DNA of 64,000 nucleotides from NCBI GenBank assembly GCA_965228895.1, contig OZ245842.1, positions 5,024,001 to 5,088,000 of the forward strand, in the 5' to 3' direction. The DNA is from Alphaproteobacteria bacterium (lineage in GTDB: Bacteria; Pseudomonadota; Alphaproteobacteria; SP197). Positions 10,533-22,619 of the stretch are shown piece by piece. The position numbers and the translations under genes are program-made. Position 1 is the first letter of the stretch; each line of letters opens with the position of its first letter. The notes beneath the pieces were generated by a model. That model was not told the DNA's origin. It worked only from the letters and a program-made list of their open reading frames with translations, and did no database searches.

Positions 10533-10897
10533 CGGTGCTGGGCATCGATCATGTTCAGGTCGCCATGCCGCCGGAGCGTGAGACCGAGGCTCGATCGTTC
10601 TATGGCGGTGTGCTGGGTTTCGAGGAGATGGTGAAGCCGCCTGAGCTCGCCGCGCGGGGCGGTGTTTGGTTCGTGAGCGGCGAGGTGCATGTCCATCTGG
10701 GCATCGATGAGGGGTTCGAAGCAAGCGCAAAAGCCCATACCGGCTTCCTGGTCGACGACCTCACTGAGATGATGGGCCGGTTCAAGGCGGCCGGTCTTGC
10801 CGTCGAGCGAGGTCTTGACCATCGAGGCAGGGCTCGGGTCTATGTTCGTGATCCCTTCGGCAACCGTCTGGAGTTTGTCGAAGCGGCAGGCGCTTAA
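10529..10897 (+). CDS. VOC/glyoxalase family protein
   Basis: MTVLGIDHVQVAMP...FYGGVLG...DPFGNRLEF; ATG overlaps the holA stop (ATGA). Confidence 0.9.
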   Translation: MTVLGIDHVQVAMPPERETEARSFYGGVLGFEEMVKPPELAARGGVWFVSGEVHVHLGIDEGFEASAKAHTGFLVDDLTEMMGRFKAAGLAVERGLDHRGRARVYVRDPFGNRLEFVEAAGA

Positions 10898-10949
10898 GGA
10901 AACAACGCTGGTCGGCCAAGGCGGCGTCAGGACGCCGTCCCGCGCGGTG

Positions 10950-11855
10950 TTAGGATCCGACCAGCCTGGGGCGTGACGGGCTCTCAAGCTTGGCGATGAC
11001 GTCGTCAAGTTGTTCCACCGTTTTGTAGTGCACGACAAGTCGCCCCTTTTCGCCACTGCCACGCACGTCGACTTTGAGACCGAGGGTGTCGCTGAGTCGG
11101 CGCTCCAGATCCAGCGTGTTGGGATCGGGCGATCCTGTCGCGCGTGGCATTGCGGGCGTCTCCGCCGGCGGCGGTGTGTCGTCGACGTCCACGCCACCCG
11201 AACGAACCAGCGCCTCGGTTTGTCGAACGTTCAGGCCCTTGTCGATCACGACTTCGGCCAAGGGAACGGGGTCATCGGCGCCGAGCAGCGCGCGGGCATG
11301 ACCGGCGGTCAGCCGGCCTTCGTCAAGCATTGCCTGGACGGTGCCGGGCAGGTCCAGAAGCCGGATCATGTTCGCGACGTGGGGACGGCTGCGCCCGACT
11401 GCCTCGGCGATGTCGTTTTGGCTGAGGCCGAATTCATCGCCCAGCCGCTTGTACGCGGCAGCCTCTTCCAGGGGATCGAGGTCGGCGCGCTGGAGGTTCT
11501 CGATCAAGGCGATCTCGAGAACCTCGATATCGGAGAACTCCCGCACCATGACCGGGACGTCGTGCAGCATGGCGATTTGGGCAGCACGCCACCGCCGTTC
11601 ACCGGCGACGATTTCCAGATCCCCATCCGATCCGGCCAGCACGGGCCTGGCAAGGATCGGCTGCAGCATGCCCTGGTTGCGCAGGGAGTCCGCGAGCTGG
11701 GCGATCTCTTCATCGTCAAAGTTGGTGCGCGGCTGAAACCGCCCGGGCCGAAGGTCGCTGACGGGAACCTGTCGCAGGCCGTCTCGCGGGCGGCCCTGGT
11801 TGGGCTCGCTGATCAGGGACGAGAGGCCACGTCCAAGGCCGCGTGTTTCACTCAT
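10950..11855 (-). CDS. parB: Chromosome partitioning protein ParB
   Basis: GLGRGLSSLI, QPR, AGERRWRAA CTPase box, HTH. Confidence 0.98.
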   Translation of the reverse strand: MSETRGLGRGLSSLISEPNQGRPRDGLRQVPVSDLRPGRFQPRTNFDDEEIAQLADSLRNQGMLQPILARPVLAGSDGDLEIVAGERRWRAAQIAMLHDVPVMVREFSDIEVLEIALIENLQRADLDPLEEAAAYKRLGDEFGLSQNDIAEAVGRSRPHVANMIRLLDLPGTVQAMLDEGRLTAGHARALLGADDPVPLAEVVIDKGLNVRQTEALVRSGGVDVDDTPPPAETPAMPRATGSPDPNTLDLERRLSDTLGLKVDVRGSGEKGRLVVHYKTVEQLDDVIAKLESPSRPRLVGS

Positions 11856-12751
11856 GATCCCATTCCTTCGACCGTGGTTGTCGATCCGTCGCCGGGCCGC
11901 TGGCGTTCGCGGCGCAGCATTTCGCCGGCCAGATGGACATAAGCTTGGGCGCCGGCGCTCTTGAAAGCATAGAACATAACGGGTTTACCATGCGAGGGCG
12001 CTTCGGAGACCCTCACGTTTCTAGGAATGATTGTATCATACACTTGTTCGGGCATCACCTTTCTGACGTCCGCGACGACTTCACGCGACAATCGGTTTCG
12101 CCGGTCGAACATGGTGAGCACGATTCCCGTCATTTCCAGTTTCTCATTATATGCATCATGCACACATTCAATGGTGTGGAGAAGCTGGGATAAACCCTCC
12201 AGGGCGAAGAATTCGCATTGCAGCGGCACCAGAACCTCGTCAGCCGCGACCAAGGCATTGATGGTCAGAAGACCAAGCGCAGGTGGACAGTCGACAAGGA
12301 CGAGGTCGTAGGCACGCTTGAACGTATTGATCACCCGTTTGAGGCGTGCCTCGCGCTGCTCCGCGTTAACCAGCTCCACCTCGGCGCCGCTCAGGTCCAT
12401 GGTCGCGGGCACGATATAGAGATGGGGTACATCGGTCGCGACGGCGGCCGCGCCACCCCAGTGACGGTCTGGCGCGATCAATAGGTCGTAGGTCGTGATG
12501 CGCCGTTCGTCGGGAGGGATTCCCAGGCCGGTACTGGCATTGCCCTGGGGATCGATGTCGACGACCAGGACCCGCTTGCCGATGGCGGCCAGGGCGGTTG
12601 CCAGATTGATGGTGGTGGTTGTCTTACCAACCCCGCCTTTCTGGTTGGCGACGGCGATGACCCGGCCAGGCCGGTCATACACGAAATCTAGGCCTTGTTT
12701 GCCTTGCCTCACGACCGTCCTACCCGACTTAGAGGCTGACATGGTGCTCAT
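11852..12751 (-). CDS. parA: Chromosome partitioning ATPase ParA/Soj (start uncertain)
   Basis: NQKGGVGKTT, DIDPQGNAS, DCPP, SEAPSHG. Confidence 0.97.
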   Translation of the reverse strand: MSTMSASKSGRTVVRQGKQGLDFVYDRPGRVIAVANQKGGVGKTTTTINLATALAAIGKRVLVVDIDPQGNASTGLGIPPDERRITTYDLLIAPDRHWGGAAAVATDVPHLYIVPATMDLSGAEVELVNAEQREARLKRVINTFKRAYDLVLVDCPPALGLLTINALVAADEVLVPLQCEFFALEGLSQLLHTIECVHDAYNEKLEMTGIVLTMFDRRNRLSREVVADVRKVMPEQVYDTIIPRNVRVSEAPSHGKPVMFYAFKSAGAQAYVHLAGEMLRRERQRPGDGSTTTVEGMGS

Positions 12752-12848
12752 TCCACAACCTGTTGATGAAGCCCTGAGGCCTATCCGGCGAGCCTGCGTC
12801 TGTCCTACAGCTGTCCGACAAAAACCGCTAAAATGGCCTCCTATGTAG

Positions 12849-12904
12849 TACCCATATCTTGTATCTCAAGCAACGTCAACACTCGGTAATACAGTATATT
12901 GCGT
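12849..12904. promoter_or_regulatory. Two NrdR-box-like 16-mers upstream of parA
   Basis: TACCCATATCTTGTAT (12849-12864) and ATACAGTATATTGCGT (12889-12904) vs consensus acaCwAtATaTwGtgt. Confidence 0.35.
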
Positions 12905-13536
12905 CACTTTTGGCCTCCGGACCACACGTTGTTGATCACTAGTATGGTACTACAGGGGTCTGTCATACTTGTATGACACGTGTAGGACAGGTGACATACC
13001 AAGCTGGCTCTAGCCAGTTCGGCCTCCACGTCCGCACCCTTTGGTACGAGACCTATACTGCCCTCTCCCATAAATCTGGACATCATCGGTACGAGCCGAT
13101 CAAGCGGCGCCAGGGCCCTTGCCGTCACGACATCGACCCGTTTTTCCTCCAGTTTCTCAATGCGGCAGGCGTGCACGACGACATCGGCTCCTGTTTCACG
13201 TGAAACCTCTCGCAGAAACACCGTCTTCTTCTGATCGCTCTCGACCAGTTCGACACCGTTGACGCCCATGATGGCCAAAACCAAGCCTGGAAACCCGGCT
13301 CCGCTGCCTAAATCAAGCAGGCTTCGCGTACCCGGTGGCATGAAGCGAAGAAGCTGCGCCGAATCCAACATATGGCGGCGCCAAAGGTCGCTGATCGTCG
13401 ACGGACCGACCAGATTCAGAGACTTCTGCCATTTGACGAGGAGGTCAGCATAGATTTGAAGACGCTCAAGCGTTTCACGTGAAACCGACGTTGCAGCCTG
13501 AAATCCCGCGGGATCCAACGGCACGCTGTCGGCCAT
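12904..13536 (-). CDS. rsmG: 16S rRNA m7G527 methyltransferase RsmG (GidB)
   Basis: RHMLDS, DLGSGAGFPG, VTARALA; lies between mnmG and parA. Confidence 0.97.
   Translation of the reverse strand: MADSVPLDPAGFQAATSVSRETLERLQIYADLLVKWQKSLNLVGPSTISDLWRRHMLDSAQLLRFMPPGTRSLLDLGSGAGFPGLVLAIMGVNGVELVESDQKKTVFLREVSRETGADVVVHACRIEKLEEKRVDVVTARALAPLDRLVPMMSRFMGEGSIGLVPKGADVEAELARASLVCHLSYTCHTSMTDPCSTILVINNVWSGGQK
13192..13207. promoter_or_regulatory. parS: parS site inside rsmG
   Basis: tGTTTCACGTGAAACc. Confidence 0.88.
13471..13486. promoter_or_regulatory. parS: parS site inside the rsmG 5' region
   Basis: cGTTTCACGTGAAACc. Confidence 0.88.
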
Positions 13537-13545
13537 GGCGCCGAC

Positions 13546-15408
13546 CTAAGCCGCGCGCCGGCGCACGTGACCCAAAAGCGCCGTCAGGGCCGCCGGCGTC
13601 ATCCCCGAAAGACGGGCGGCGTGACCGAGCGTCTGCGGTCTCGCTGACTCCAGTTTCTCAAGGAGCTCGGCCGAAAGTCCGCCAATCCGTCGATAGTCAA
13701 GATCAGCAGGAAGCAATAGCGCTTCATCGCGACGGAATGCTGCCACATCGGCCTCCATACGGCTGAGATAACCAGCATAGCGTCCCTCGATCTCGATCTG
13801 CTCGCGAACGTCGGGCGCCAGCGCGCCGAGTTTGGGCCAGATGGCTGTCAGACGCTCGTAGGTCACATCGACCAGTGTCAGCAAGTCGAGCACGTTTCGG
13901 CGGCGGCCATCACGGTTCACGTTGAGGCCGTTGCGGTGCGCTTCGTCGGGTGTCAGACAGGACTGACGGGCAAAATCGAGCCCGGCCTCAACACGTCTGC
14001 GGCGCGCGTCAAACTGTCCGACACGGGTCTTACCGACCAGGCCGGCGTCGATTCCCTTCGGGGTCAAGCGCAGATCGGCATTGTCGGCACGCAGGATGAG
14101 TCGGTACTCAGCGCGCGATGTAAACATCCTGTAGGGCTCGCTGGTGCCGCGGCCGATGAGGTCGTCGATCATGACTCCGATATAGGCTTCGGCGCGGTCC
14201 AGCGTGAACGCCCGGCCGCCTGACACCGACAACGCGGCGTTGGCGCCCGCCACGAGACCCTGGCCGGCGGCTTCCTCGTAACCGGTCGTCCCGTTAATCT
14301 GTCCAGCCAGGAAAAGTCCAGGAATCCTGCGGGTTTCCAAGGATGCGGTCAGTTCGCGCGGATCAATGAAGTCATATTCGATCGCATAGCCGTGTCGCTC
14401 GATCCGCGCATGCTCCAAGCCTGGAATGGAGGCGACGACAGCATCCTGGACGTCGCGGGGCAGGGAGGTCGAAATGCCGTTGGGATAGACGGTGTCGGTC
14501 TCAAGCCCTTCCGGCTCCAGGAAGATCTGGTGGCGGTTCTTGTCGGCGAACCGCACGACCTTGTCCTCGATCGACGGACAGTAACGCGGACCCGTGCCGT
14601 CAATCTGACCGGAGAACACCGGTGCCCGGTCGAGATTGTCGCGAATAATCTGATGGGCCAAAGCGCCCGTTTCTGTGATGTGACAGGGAACCTGCGGCAC
14701 GCGGATGGCATCGGTCAGCCGAGAGAACGGCACCGGCGGGTCATCGCCTGGCTGCACCTCGGTCGCCGACCAATCGATCGTGCGGCCATCCAAACGCGGT
14801 GGCGTCCCCGTTTTAAGCCGGCCCATCCGGAAACCGAGACGTTCCAGCGTCAGCGCCAGTCCGATTGCCGGCCCGTCGCCGATGCGGCCCGCCGGCCAGG
14901 TTTCTTCGCCCAGATGGATCTTGCCGCGCAAAAACGTGCCGCTGGTGATGACAACGGACCCGGCTCGCAGCTCAGTCCCGTTGTCCAGCACGACGCCCGC
15001 AATCCGATTGTCGTCATCCAGCACCACGTCATCGACACCGGCTTCACGAATGGTGAGATTGTCATACTCGGCCAGGATCGCCTGAATTGCCGCCGCGTAG
15101 AGTTTGCGATCGGCCTGGGCGCGCGGACCACGCACCGCCGGACCCTTGCTGCGGTTGAGAACACGGAACTGAATGCCGGACCGATCGATGGCGCGCGCCA
15201 TAATGCCATCGAGCGCATCGATCTCTCTGACGAGATGGCCTTTGCCCAGACCGCCGATCGCCGGGTTGCACGACATGGCGCCGACGGTCGCCAGCTTGTG
15301 GGTGACCAGCAGCGTCGACGCGCCGAGCCGCGCTGCAGCCGCCGCTGCCTCGCTTCCGGCGTGGCCACCACCGACCACGATCACGTCATATGCCGTATCC
15401 TCTGACAT
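13546..15408 (-). CDS. mnmG: tRNA U34 cmnm5 modification enzyme MnmG (GidA)
   Basis: [46 protein letters not shown]; ATG at 15408 preferred. Confidence 0.99.
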   Translation of the reverse strand: MSEDTAYDVIVVGGGHAGSEAAAAAARLGASTLLVTHKLATVGAMSCNPAIGGLGKGHLVREIDALDGIMARAIDRSGIQFRVLNRSKGPAVRGPRAQADRKLYAAAIQAILAEYDNLTIREAGVDDVVLDDDNRIAGVVLDNGTELRAGSVVITSGTFLRGKIHLGEETWPAGRIGDGPAIGLALTLERLGFRMGRLKTGTPPRLDGRTIDWSATEVQPGDDPPVPFSRLTDAIRVPQVPCHITETGALAHQIIRDNLDRAPVFSGQIDGTGPRYCPSIEDKVVRFADKNRHQIFLEPEGLETDTVYPNGISTSLPRDVQDAVVASIPGLEHARIERHGYAIEYDFIDPRELTASLETRRIPGLFLAGQINGTTGYEEAAGQGLVAGANAALSVSGGRAFTLDRAEAYIGVMIDDLIGRGTSEPYRMFTSRAEYRLILRADNADLRLTPKGIDAGLVGKTRVGQFDARRRRVEAGLDFARQSCLTPDEAHRNGLNVNRDGRRRNVLDLLTLVDVTYERLTAIWPKLGALAPDVREQIEIEGRYAGYLSRMEADVAAFRRDEALLLPADLDYRRIGGLSAELLEKLESARPQTLGHAARLSGMTPAALTALLGHVRRRAA

Positions 15409-15458
15409 GGCGCGGAATGTAGGGATCGCGCCCGGCCAAGTCAAAGCACCAAGACGTC

Positions 15459-15474
15459 TGTTTCACGTGAAACA
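15459..15474. promoter_or_regulatory. parS: parS site, perfect consensus, between mnmE and mnmG
   Basis: TGTTTCACGTGAAACA. Confidence 0.95.
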
Positions 15475-15482
15475 CACCGGTC

Positions 15483-16808
15483 CTACTTGCCGATGCAGAA
15501 ATCCCGGAAGATGACGTCGAGTAGCGCCTCGACATCGGTGTGCCCGGTCAGCCGGTCGAGGGCCCGCAACGCCATCCGGAGGTCTTCGCCGCGCAGCTCC
15601 GCAAGTGCGGCCCCGCGCGCGCGTCGCATGGCCTCGATCGCGGCGGCAACACCGGCCCGATGGCGCTCCCGCGACGGACCGGGCCCATCACGATTGGGCC
15701 ATAGCGCCCAAAGTTTTGCCCTCAAACCGGCCATTAGGCCATCAAGGCCCTCACCTGTGGCACAGGAAATCGGCCAGACGATTTGGCCGTGCACCAGCTC
15801 GTCCGGGACAACCGGTGCCAGATCGCACTTGTTCGCGACCACCAGACTCCGCGCGTCGACCAAGGCTTCGATATCGCCAGAGGTTTCACTCAGCCGCGTC
15901 GCATCGACGACCACGAGCGTCAGGTCCGCCGAGGCCGCCCGGGCGCGCGCCCGGCGAATGCCTTCGGCCTCGATCGCCTGATCGCTATCCCTGAGCCCGG
16001 CGGTATCGGCCAACAAAACCTCAAAGCCGCCAATCTCCATGTCGACTTCGACGATATCGCGGGTCGTGCCAGCCTGTTCGGACACGATCACGGCGTCGCG
16101 CTGGGCCAGCCGGTTCATCAGACTGGATTTGCCGACATTCGGCGCCCCGACAATCGCCACGCTAATACCCTCGCGCAGGCGCTCGGCACGCCGGTGATCG
16201 TCCAGATGGTTCTCCATGGCGGCGATCAGATCGGCAATATCCCGGTCAATTCCGTCGATCACGTTGTCGGGGAGATCCTCATCGGGGAAGTCGATCGCTG
16301 CCTCAACATGGGCCAGGATCCGTCTCAGGCACTCGTTCCAGCCGCTGTAGAGTGTGTCCAGCGATCCCGCCAGCTGCGCAAGGGCCTGCCGACGCTGTTC
16401 CCCGGTCACCGCGTCCACCAGATCCGCAACAGCCTCGGCCCGGGTCAGGTCCAGGCGGCCGTTGGTCACGGCGCGCCGGGTGAACTCCCCGGGTTCGGCG
16501 GGCCTCAGACCGGGCAGGCGGGCCAGCGCCTCGATGATCCCGTCGAGGACGGCTCGGCCGCCATGGAGGTGAAGCTCCGCCGAATCCTCGCCTGTGTAAC
16601 TTGCCGGTGCCGGGAACCAAAGCGCCAGGCCGTCATCCAACACCTCACCGCTCGATGGGTCGATCAGCCGGCGCACGCTTGCCTGACGTGGCGCCGGCAG
16701 CGTACGACCCGTCAGGGCTTCAAGCGCCGAAGCGGTGGCCGGCCCGGACAACCGGATGACGGCGATCGCCGCACGTCCGGGTGCACTGGCTAGAGCGTAG
16801 ATGGTCAT
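15483..16808 (-). CDS. mnmE: tRNA modification GTPase MnmE (TrmE)
   Basis: GAPNVGKSS, AGTTRD, DTAGLR, NKCD, C-terminal FCIGK. Confidence 0.99.
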   Translation of the reverse strand: MTIYALASAPGRAAIAVIRLSGPATASALEALTGRTLPAPRQASVRRLIDPSSGEVLDDGLALWFPAPASYTGEDSAELHLHGGRAVLDGIIEALARLPGLRPAEPGEFTRRAVTNGRLDLTRAEAVADLVDAVTGEQRRQALAQLAGSLDTLYSGWNECLRRILAHVEAAIDFPDEDLPDNVIDGIDRDIADLIAAMENHLDDHRRAERLREGISVAIVGAPNVGKSSLMNRLAQRDAVIVSEQAGTTRDIVEVDMEIGGFEVLLADTAGLRDSDQAIEAEGIRRARARAASADLTLVVVDATRLSETSGDIEALVDARSLVVANKCDLAPVVPDELVHGQIVWPISCATGEGLDGLMAGLRAKLWALWPNRDGPGPSRERHRAGVAAAIEAMRRARGAALAELRGEDLRMALRALDRLTGHTDVEALLDVIFRDFCIGK

Positions 16809-16833
16809 GGCTGCCTGTTAGCCGGACGACGCG

Positions 16834-16855
16834 GCATGTTTCACGTGAAACATGC
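16834..16855. promoter_or_regulatory. parS: parS site upstream of mnmE, within a 22-bp perfect palindrome
   Basis: GCATGTTTCACGTGAAACATGC. Confidence 0.95.
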
Positions 16856-16868
16856 GCGGCGGATCTTT

Positions 16869-17222
16869 TCAGGCCTTGTCCGGATCATCGCCCGGCTTCA
16901 GCATCAAGCGCTCGACCCGCCGGCCGCCGGCGATGTGGACACGCAGGATCTCCTCCAGATCGTCCTCGCCGTCATAGCGATACCAGACGCCCTCCGGGTA
17001 GATCACCATGGTGGGCCCGAGTTCACAGCGGTCAAGGCAGCCGGACGCGTTGATCCGTATGTCACTTAGACCGAGATCCTTGGCGCGGGTCTTCAGATAG
17101 TTGCGCAACGCCTCCGCGCCCTTCGCCTTGCAACAGCCGCGCGGATGGCCGTCGGCGCGCTCGTTGGTGCAGCAGAAGACATGGCGGCGGTAATAGAGTT
17201 CGGGATCGCCGGCCTCGCTCAT
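16869..17222 (-). CDS. Thioredoxin-like [2Fe-2S] ferredoxin
   Basis: HVFCCTNER, GCC, SGCLDRCELGP, YPEGVWY. Confidence 0.92.
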   Translation of the reverse strand: MSEAGDPELYYRRHVFCCTNERADGHPRGCCKAKGAEALRNYLKTRAKDLGLSDIRINASGCLDRCELGPTMVIYPEGVWYRYDGEDDLEEILRVHIAGGRRVERLMLKPGDDPDKA

Positions 17223-17458
17223 GGCTTGGCGCCTTTGGCCATGTCTGACCAGAAACGCATCATCTGCTCCATGCCTTCGGTGCCGGCTGCGGTCCAGCTC
17301 TTGAGCAGTTTTTCGGGATCCATGTCACCGACAGCGGCCATCATCCGGTCGCGCAGGACGGCCATCATTTCTTCCTGCAGCGGCTGGACATCCGGCAGCC
17401 CTAGAAACGTGCGCGCCTCCTCTGGCGTGCAGTCGACGTTGATCGTCACCTTCATCAA
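17219..17458 (-). CDS. DUF6489 family protein
   Basis: MKVTINVDCTPEEARTFLGLPDVQP. Confidence 0.85.
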   Translation of the reverse strand: MMKVTINVDCTPEEARTFLGLPDVQPLQEEMMAVLRDRMMAAVGDMDPEKLLKSWTAAGTEGMEQMMRFWSDMAKGAKP

Positions 17459-17556
17459 AAAACCCCAGTCTGTCTATGGTTGCGCCGACCGGCAGCGTGC
17501 TCCACGTTAAGGCCCTGCACGCCTGAAATGCAATCTCTTCACCGGCAGGAGCCTTT

Positions 17557-19590
<2,034 letters not shown>

Positions 19591-19638
19591 TCAACCATTC
19601 GTGCACAGAACCGTCCGTCCCACGCGAGAAGGAAGAAC

Positions 19639-20613
19639 ATGATGGTACAGGTCGTCCGCATTCACGAGCCCGGTGGACCTGAGGTCCTCAGGCTCGACGA
19701 TATCGAACTCGGGCCGCCCGGACCCGGCGAAGTCCGGTTGGCGCAATCGGCGATCGGCCTGAACTTCATCGACACCTACCAGCGTTCCGGTCTTTACCCC
19801 GTCGAGCTGCCGGCCGTCCTGGGCATGGAGGCGGTCGGTGTCGTCGAAGCGCTCGGCGAAGGCGTCGAGAGTCTGAAGGACGGCGATCGGGTCGCCTACC
19901 CGATGCAGCCCGGCGCTTACGCGGTCGCGCGCAACGTGCCGGCCGACCGGGTCGTCGCCGTGCCCGCCACCGTCGACGATCAGACCGCCGCGGCCATGAT
20001 GCTGAAGGGGATGACCGTCGAATACCTGCTGGAACGTTGCTTCACCGTGCGCAAGGGTCAGACCATTCTGTTCCATGCCGCCGCCGGCGGTGTCGGCCTG
20101 ATCGCGTGTCAGTGGGCCAAGGCGCTTGGCGTCACGGTCATCGGCACGGTCAGCACGGACGCCAAGGCAGAGCTCGCCACCGCGCACGGGTGCGACCATG
20201 CCATCGTGACGTCGCGCGAAGATATCGCGGCGCGGGTCAAGGAAATCACCGGCGGCAAGGGCGTGCCCGTCGTCTATGACTCCATCGGCAAAGACACCTT
20301 CGACGCGTCCATGGCCTCGCTCGCGCCGCGCGGCATGTTCGTCAGCTTCGGCCAGTCGTCGGGACCGGTGACATCCTTCAACCCGGGCCTTTTGGCCCAG
20401 GGCGGCTCGCTCTATTACACGCGCCCCAGCCTTGCCAATTACATCGCCAGCCGTGGCGATCTCGAGATGTCGGGCCGGCGCCTGATGGAGATGGTCGGGT
20501 CGGGCAAGGTCAAGATCACGGTCAACCAGACCTATCCGCTCACCGAAATCGTCCAGGCGCACCGTGACCTCGAGGCGCGCAAGACGACAGGCTCGACCGT
20601 GCTGCTGCCCTGA
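19639..20613 (+). CDS. qor: NADPH:quinone oxidoreductase (zeta-crystallin/MDR family), copy 1
   Basis: GGPEVL, IGLNFID, HAAAGGVG, FGQSSG, KTTGSTVLLP. Confidence 0.93.
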   Translation: MMVQVVRIHEPGGPEVLRLDDIELGPPGPGEVRLAQSAIGLNFIDTYQRSGLYPVELPAVLGMEAVGVVEALGEGVESLKDGDRVAYPMQPGAYAVARNVPADRVVAVPATVDDQTAAAMMLKGMTVEYLLERCFTVRKGQTILFHAAAGGVGLIACQWAKALGVTVIGTVSTDAKAELATAHGCDHAIVTSREDIAARVKEITGGKGVPVVYDSIGKDTFDASMASLAPRGMFVSFGQSSGPVTSFNPGLLAQGGSLYYTRPSLANYIASRGDLEMSGRRLMEMVGSGKVKITVNQTYPLTEIVQAHRDLEARKTTGSTVLLP

Positions 20614-20638
20614 CACAGCACGTCTGGAGGAACCAACG

Positions 20639-21610
20639 ATGGTCAAGGTGGTGAAACTCTACGAGCTCGGCGGTCCCGAGAAGTTCGTCGTCGAAGATGT
20701 CGAGCTGCCCGCGCCGGGACCTGGCGAGGTCGTGCTGAAAAACCACGCCGTCGGCCTCAACTTCTATGACGTCTACGAACGCACCGGCGTCTACCCGGCC
20801 GATCTTCCGGCGGTGCTGGGTATGGAATCCGCCGGTGTCATCGAGGCGGTCGGACCGGATGTCGACCATCTGAACGTCGGCGACCGGGTCGCACACGGCA
20901 CCGTCGGCGGTTCCTATGCCGAAGCCATGATTGCACCGGCTGACCAGTTGCTGCGCCTGCCCGACGGCATCGCGTTCGATACCGCCGCGGCCATGATGGG
21001 CAAGGGCATGACGGTCGAGCCCCTGGTCACGCGCACCTACGCGGTGCAGCCCGGCGACATCGTGTTGTTTCACGCCGCCGCCGGTGGTGTCGGCCTGATC
21101 GCATGCCAATGGCTGAAGGCGATCGGCGCGACGGTGATCGGCACGGTCTCCAGCGATGAGAAGGCCGAACTCGCCCGCGCCCACGGCTGCGACCATCCGG
21201 TGGTCACACCGCGCGAGAGCTTCGTCGACAAGGTGATGGAGCTGACCGCAGGCGAGGGCTGCCCGGTGGTCTATGATTCGATCGGCCGCGACACCTATGA
21301 CGATTCCATGAAATGCGTGCGCCGGCGCGGGCTCCTGGTCAGCTTCGGTCAGTCGTCCGGCCTGGTCGAACCGCACCGGCCCAACGTCTTGACCGGCGCC
21401 GGATCGATCTATCTGACGCGCCCGACCATGGGCGACTATGTGGTCACCCGCGCCGAGCTTGAGCAGACCGCCCAGAACCTGTTCGACATGGTGCTCTCGG
21501 GCAAGGTCAGGATCGAGATCGGCCAGACCTATGCGCTCGCCGACGTCGCGCAAGCCCACCACGATCTGGAAGCGCGCAAGACCAAAGGCTCGACGGTGCT
21601 GCTGCCCTAG
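20639..21610 (+). CDS. qor: NADPH:quinone oxidoreductase, copy 2
   Basis: Same motifs as copy 1; ATG 20639 after GGAGG RBS. Confidence 0.9.
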   Translation: MVKVVKLYELGGPEKFVVEDVELPAPGPGEVVLKNHAVGLNFYDVYERTGVYPADLPAVLGMESAGVIEAVGPDVDHLNVGDRVAHGTVGGSYAEAMIAPADQLLRLPDGIAFDTAAAMMGKGMTVEPLVTRTYAVQPGDIVLFHAAAGGVGLIACQWLKAIGATVIGTVSSDEKAELARAHGCDHPVVTPRESFVDKVMELTAGEGCPVVYDSIGRDTYDDSMKCVRRRGLLVSFGQSSGLVEPHRPNVLTGAGSIYLTRPTMGDYVVTRAELEQTAQNLFDMVLSGKVRIEIGQTYALADVAQAHHDLEARKTKGSTVLLP

Positions 21611-22619
21611 AGAGCGGCTCCCGGCAACGGCAGCCAGGGAAGCCCGACCAGCGGCGGGTTGAGCCAGCCGATCCACAGGTGGTTGACGAACTGGCCGACA
21701 AATAATTGGGCTATCAGGCCCAACCAGATTGACCAGATCAGTACCGTTCTGAGCACGGTGCCGAGGCCTGCCAACAAGGGCTTTGCAGATGGCGCGCGTT
21801 CGTCCGCCACCACCGCGCGTCCATAAAGGCGCGCGGTCAGGCGGCGCAAGAAGATCAGGGCCAAGACCACATAAACCGTTGCCCACAGCCGGTAGGTCGC
21901 GGCAAAGGCAGCGATCTCCTCGCTATTGCGGTCCAAAAAGCCGGGGCTCCAGCCCTCGACGAAAGTCGGCGCGGCCTTGACGACGAAGAGGGGCAGGGCG
22001 GCCAGCATGACGAGCAGACAAAGACCGACATATCGCCAGCCGGCACGGCGAATGAGACGCCTGACGCGCGCGACCTGGAAGAACGCGGCCATGCGCCCTT
22101 CCGCCGCCTGGTGCGCCAACGCCATCGGCAGGTAGGTCAGAAGCGGCAGCGCGATGACCACGCCTATGAGGCCGACCAACGGCCCGACCCAGGCCTGCTC
22201 GTAGCCTTTGTTGAACGAGTTTTCCCAGCCGCCCCACCAGGACAAGAGCCACAGCACCGTGAAGGGCAGCGTTGTGGCCGCGATGGTGAGAAGTGCGGCA
22301 AGACCCAACCGGGCATTCTCGATCAACGCGCCGAACCAACGGCGCAGCCGGCGTTCGGATCCGCCTTCATCTGCCACCACCCACGTCGGCAGTGAGGGTC
22401 GCGGCAAGGTCGATGCGGATTGCCCAAGCGGGACATGGTGACCTGGCTCTCGCGCGCCATCAGACGCATCAGCCAACCGAGGACCAACACCGCCGTGACC
22501 GGGGTCAGGCAGAAGAAGACCGCGACGATGAAACGCCATGCCGAGGCAGCCCAACGCAGCCAACCCCTGCGCTCCGCGCGCAGTTGACCGCTACCGGTCA
22601 ACGCCGCATCGCGCGTCAC
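21607..22619 (-). pseudogene. Multi-pass membrane protein split by a 1-nt frameshift (pseudogene or sequencing error)
   Basis: Hydrophobic N-terminus in ORF 22323..22619; remainder (WWGGWENSFNKGYEQAWVGP) in ORF 21607..22563. One extra base near the CCC run at 22423-22425 joins them into ~337 aa. Confidence 0.7.

Noticed and set aside
11844-11851. TGTTTCAC at the parB start
   Set aside because: Only a parS half-site; the second arm is absent.
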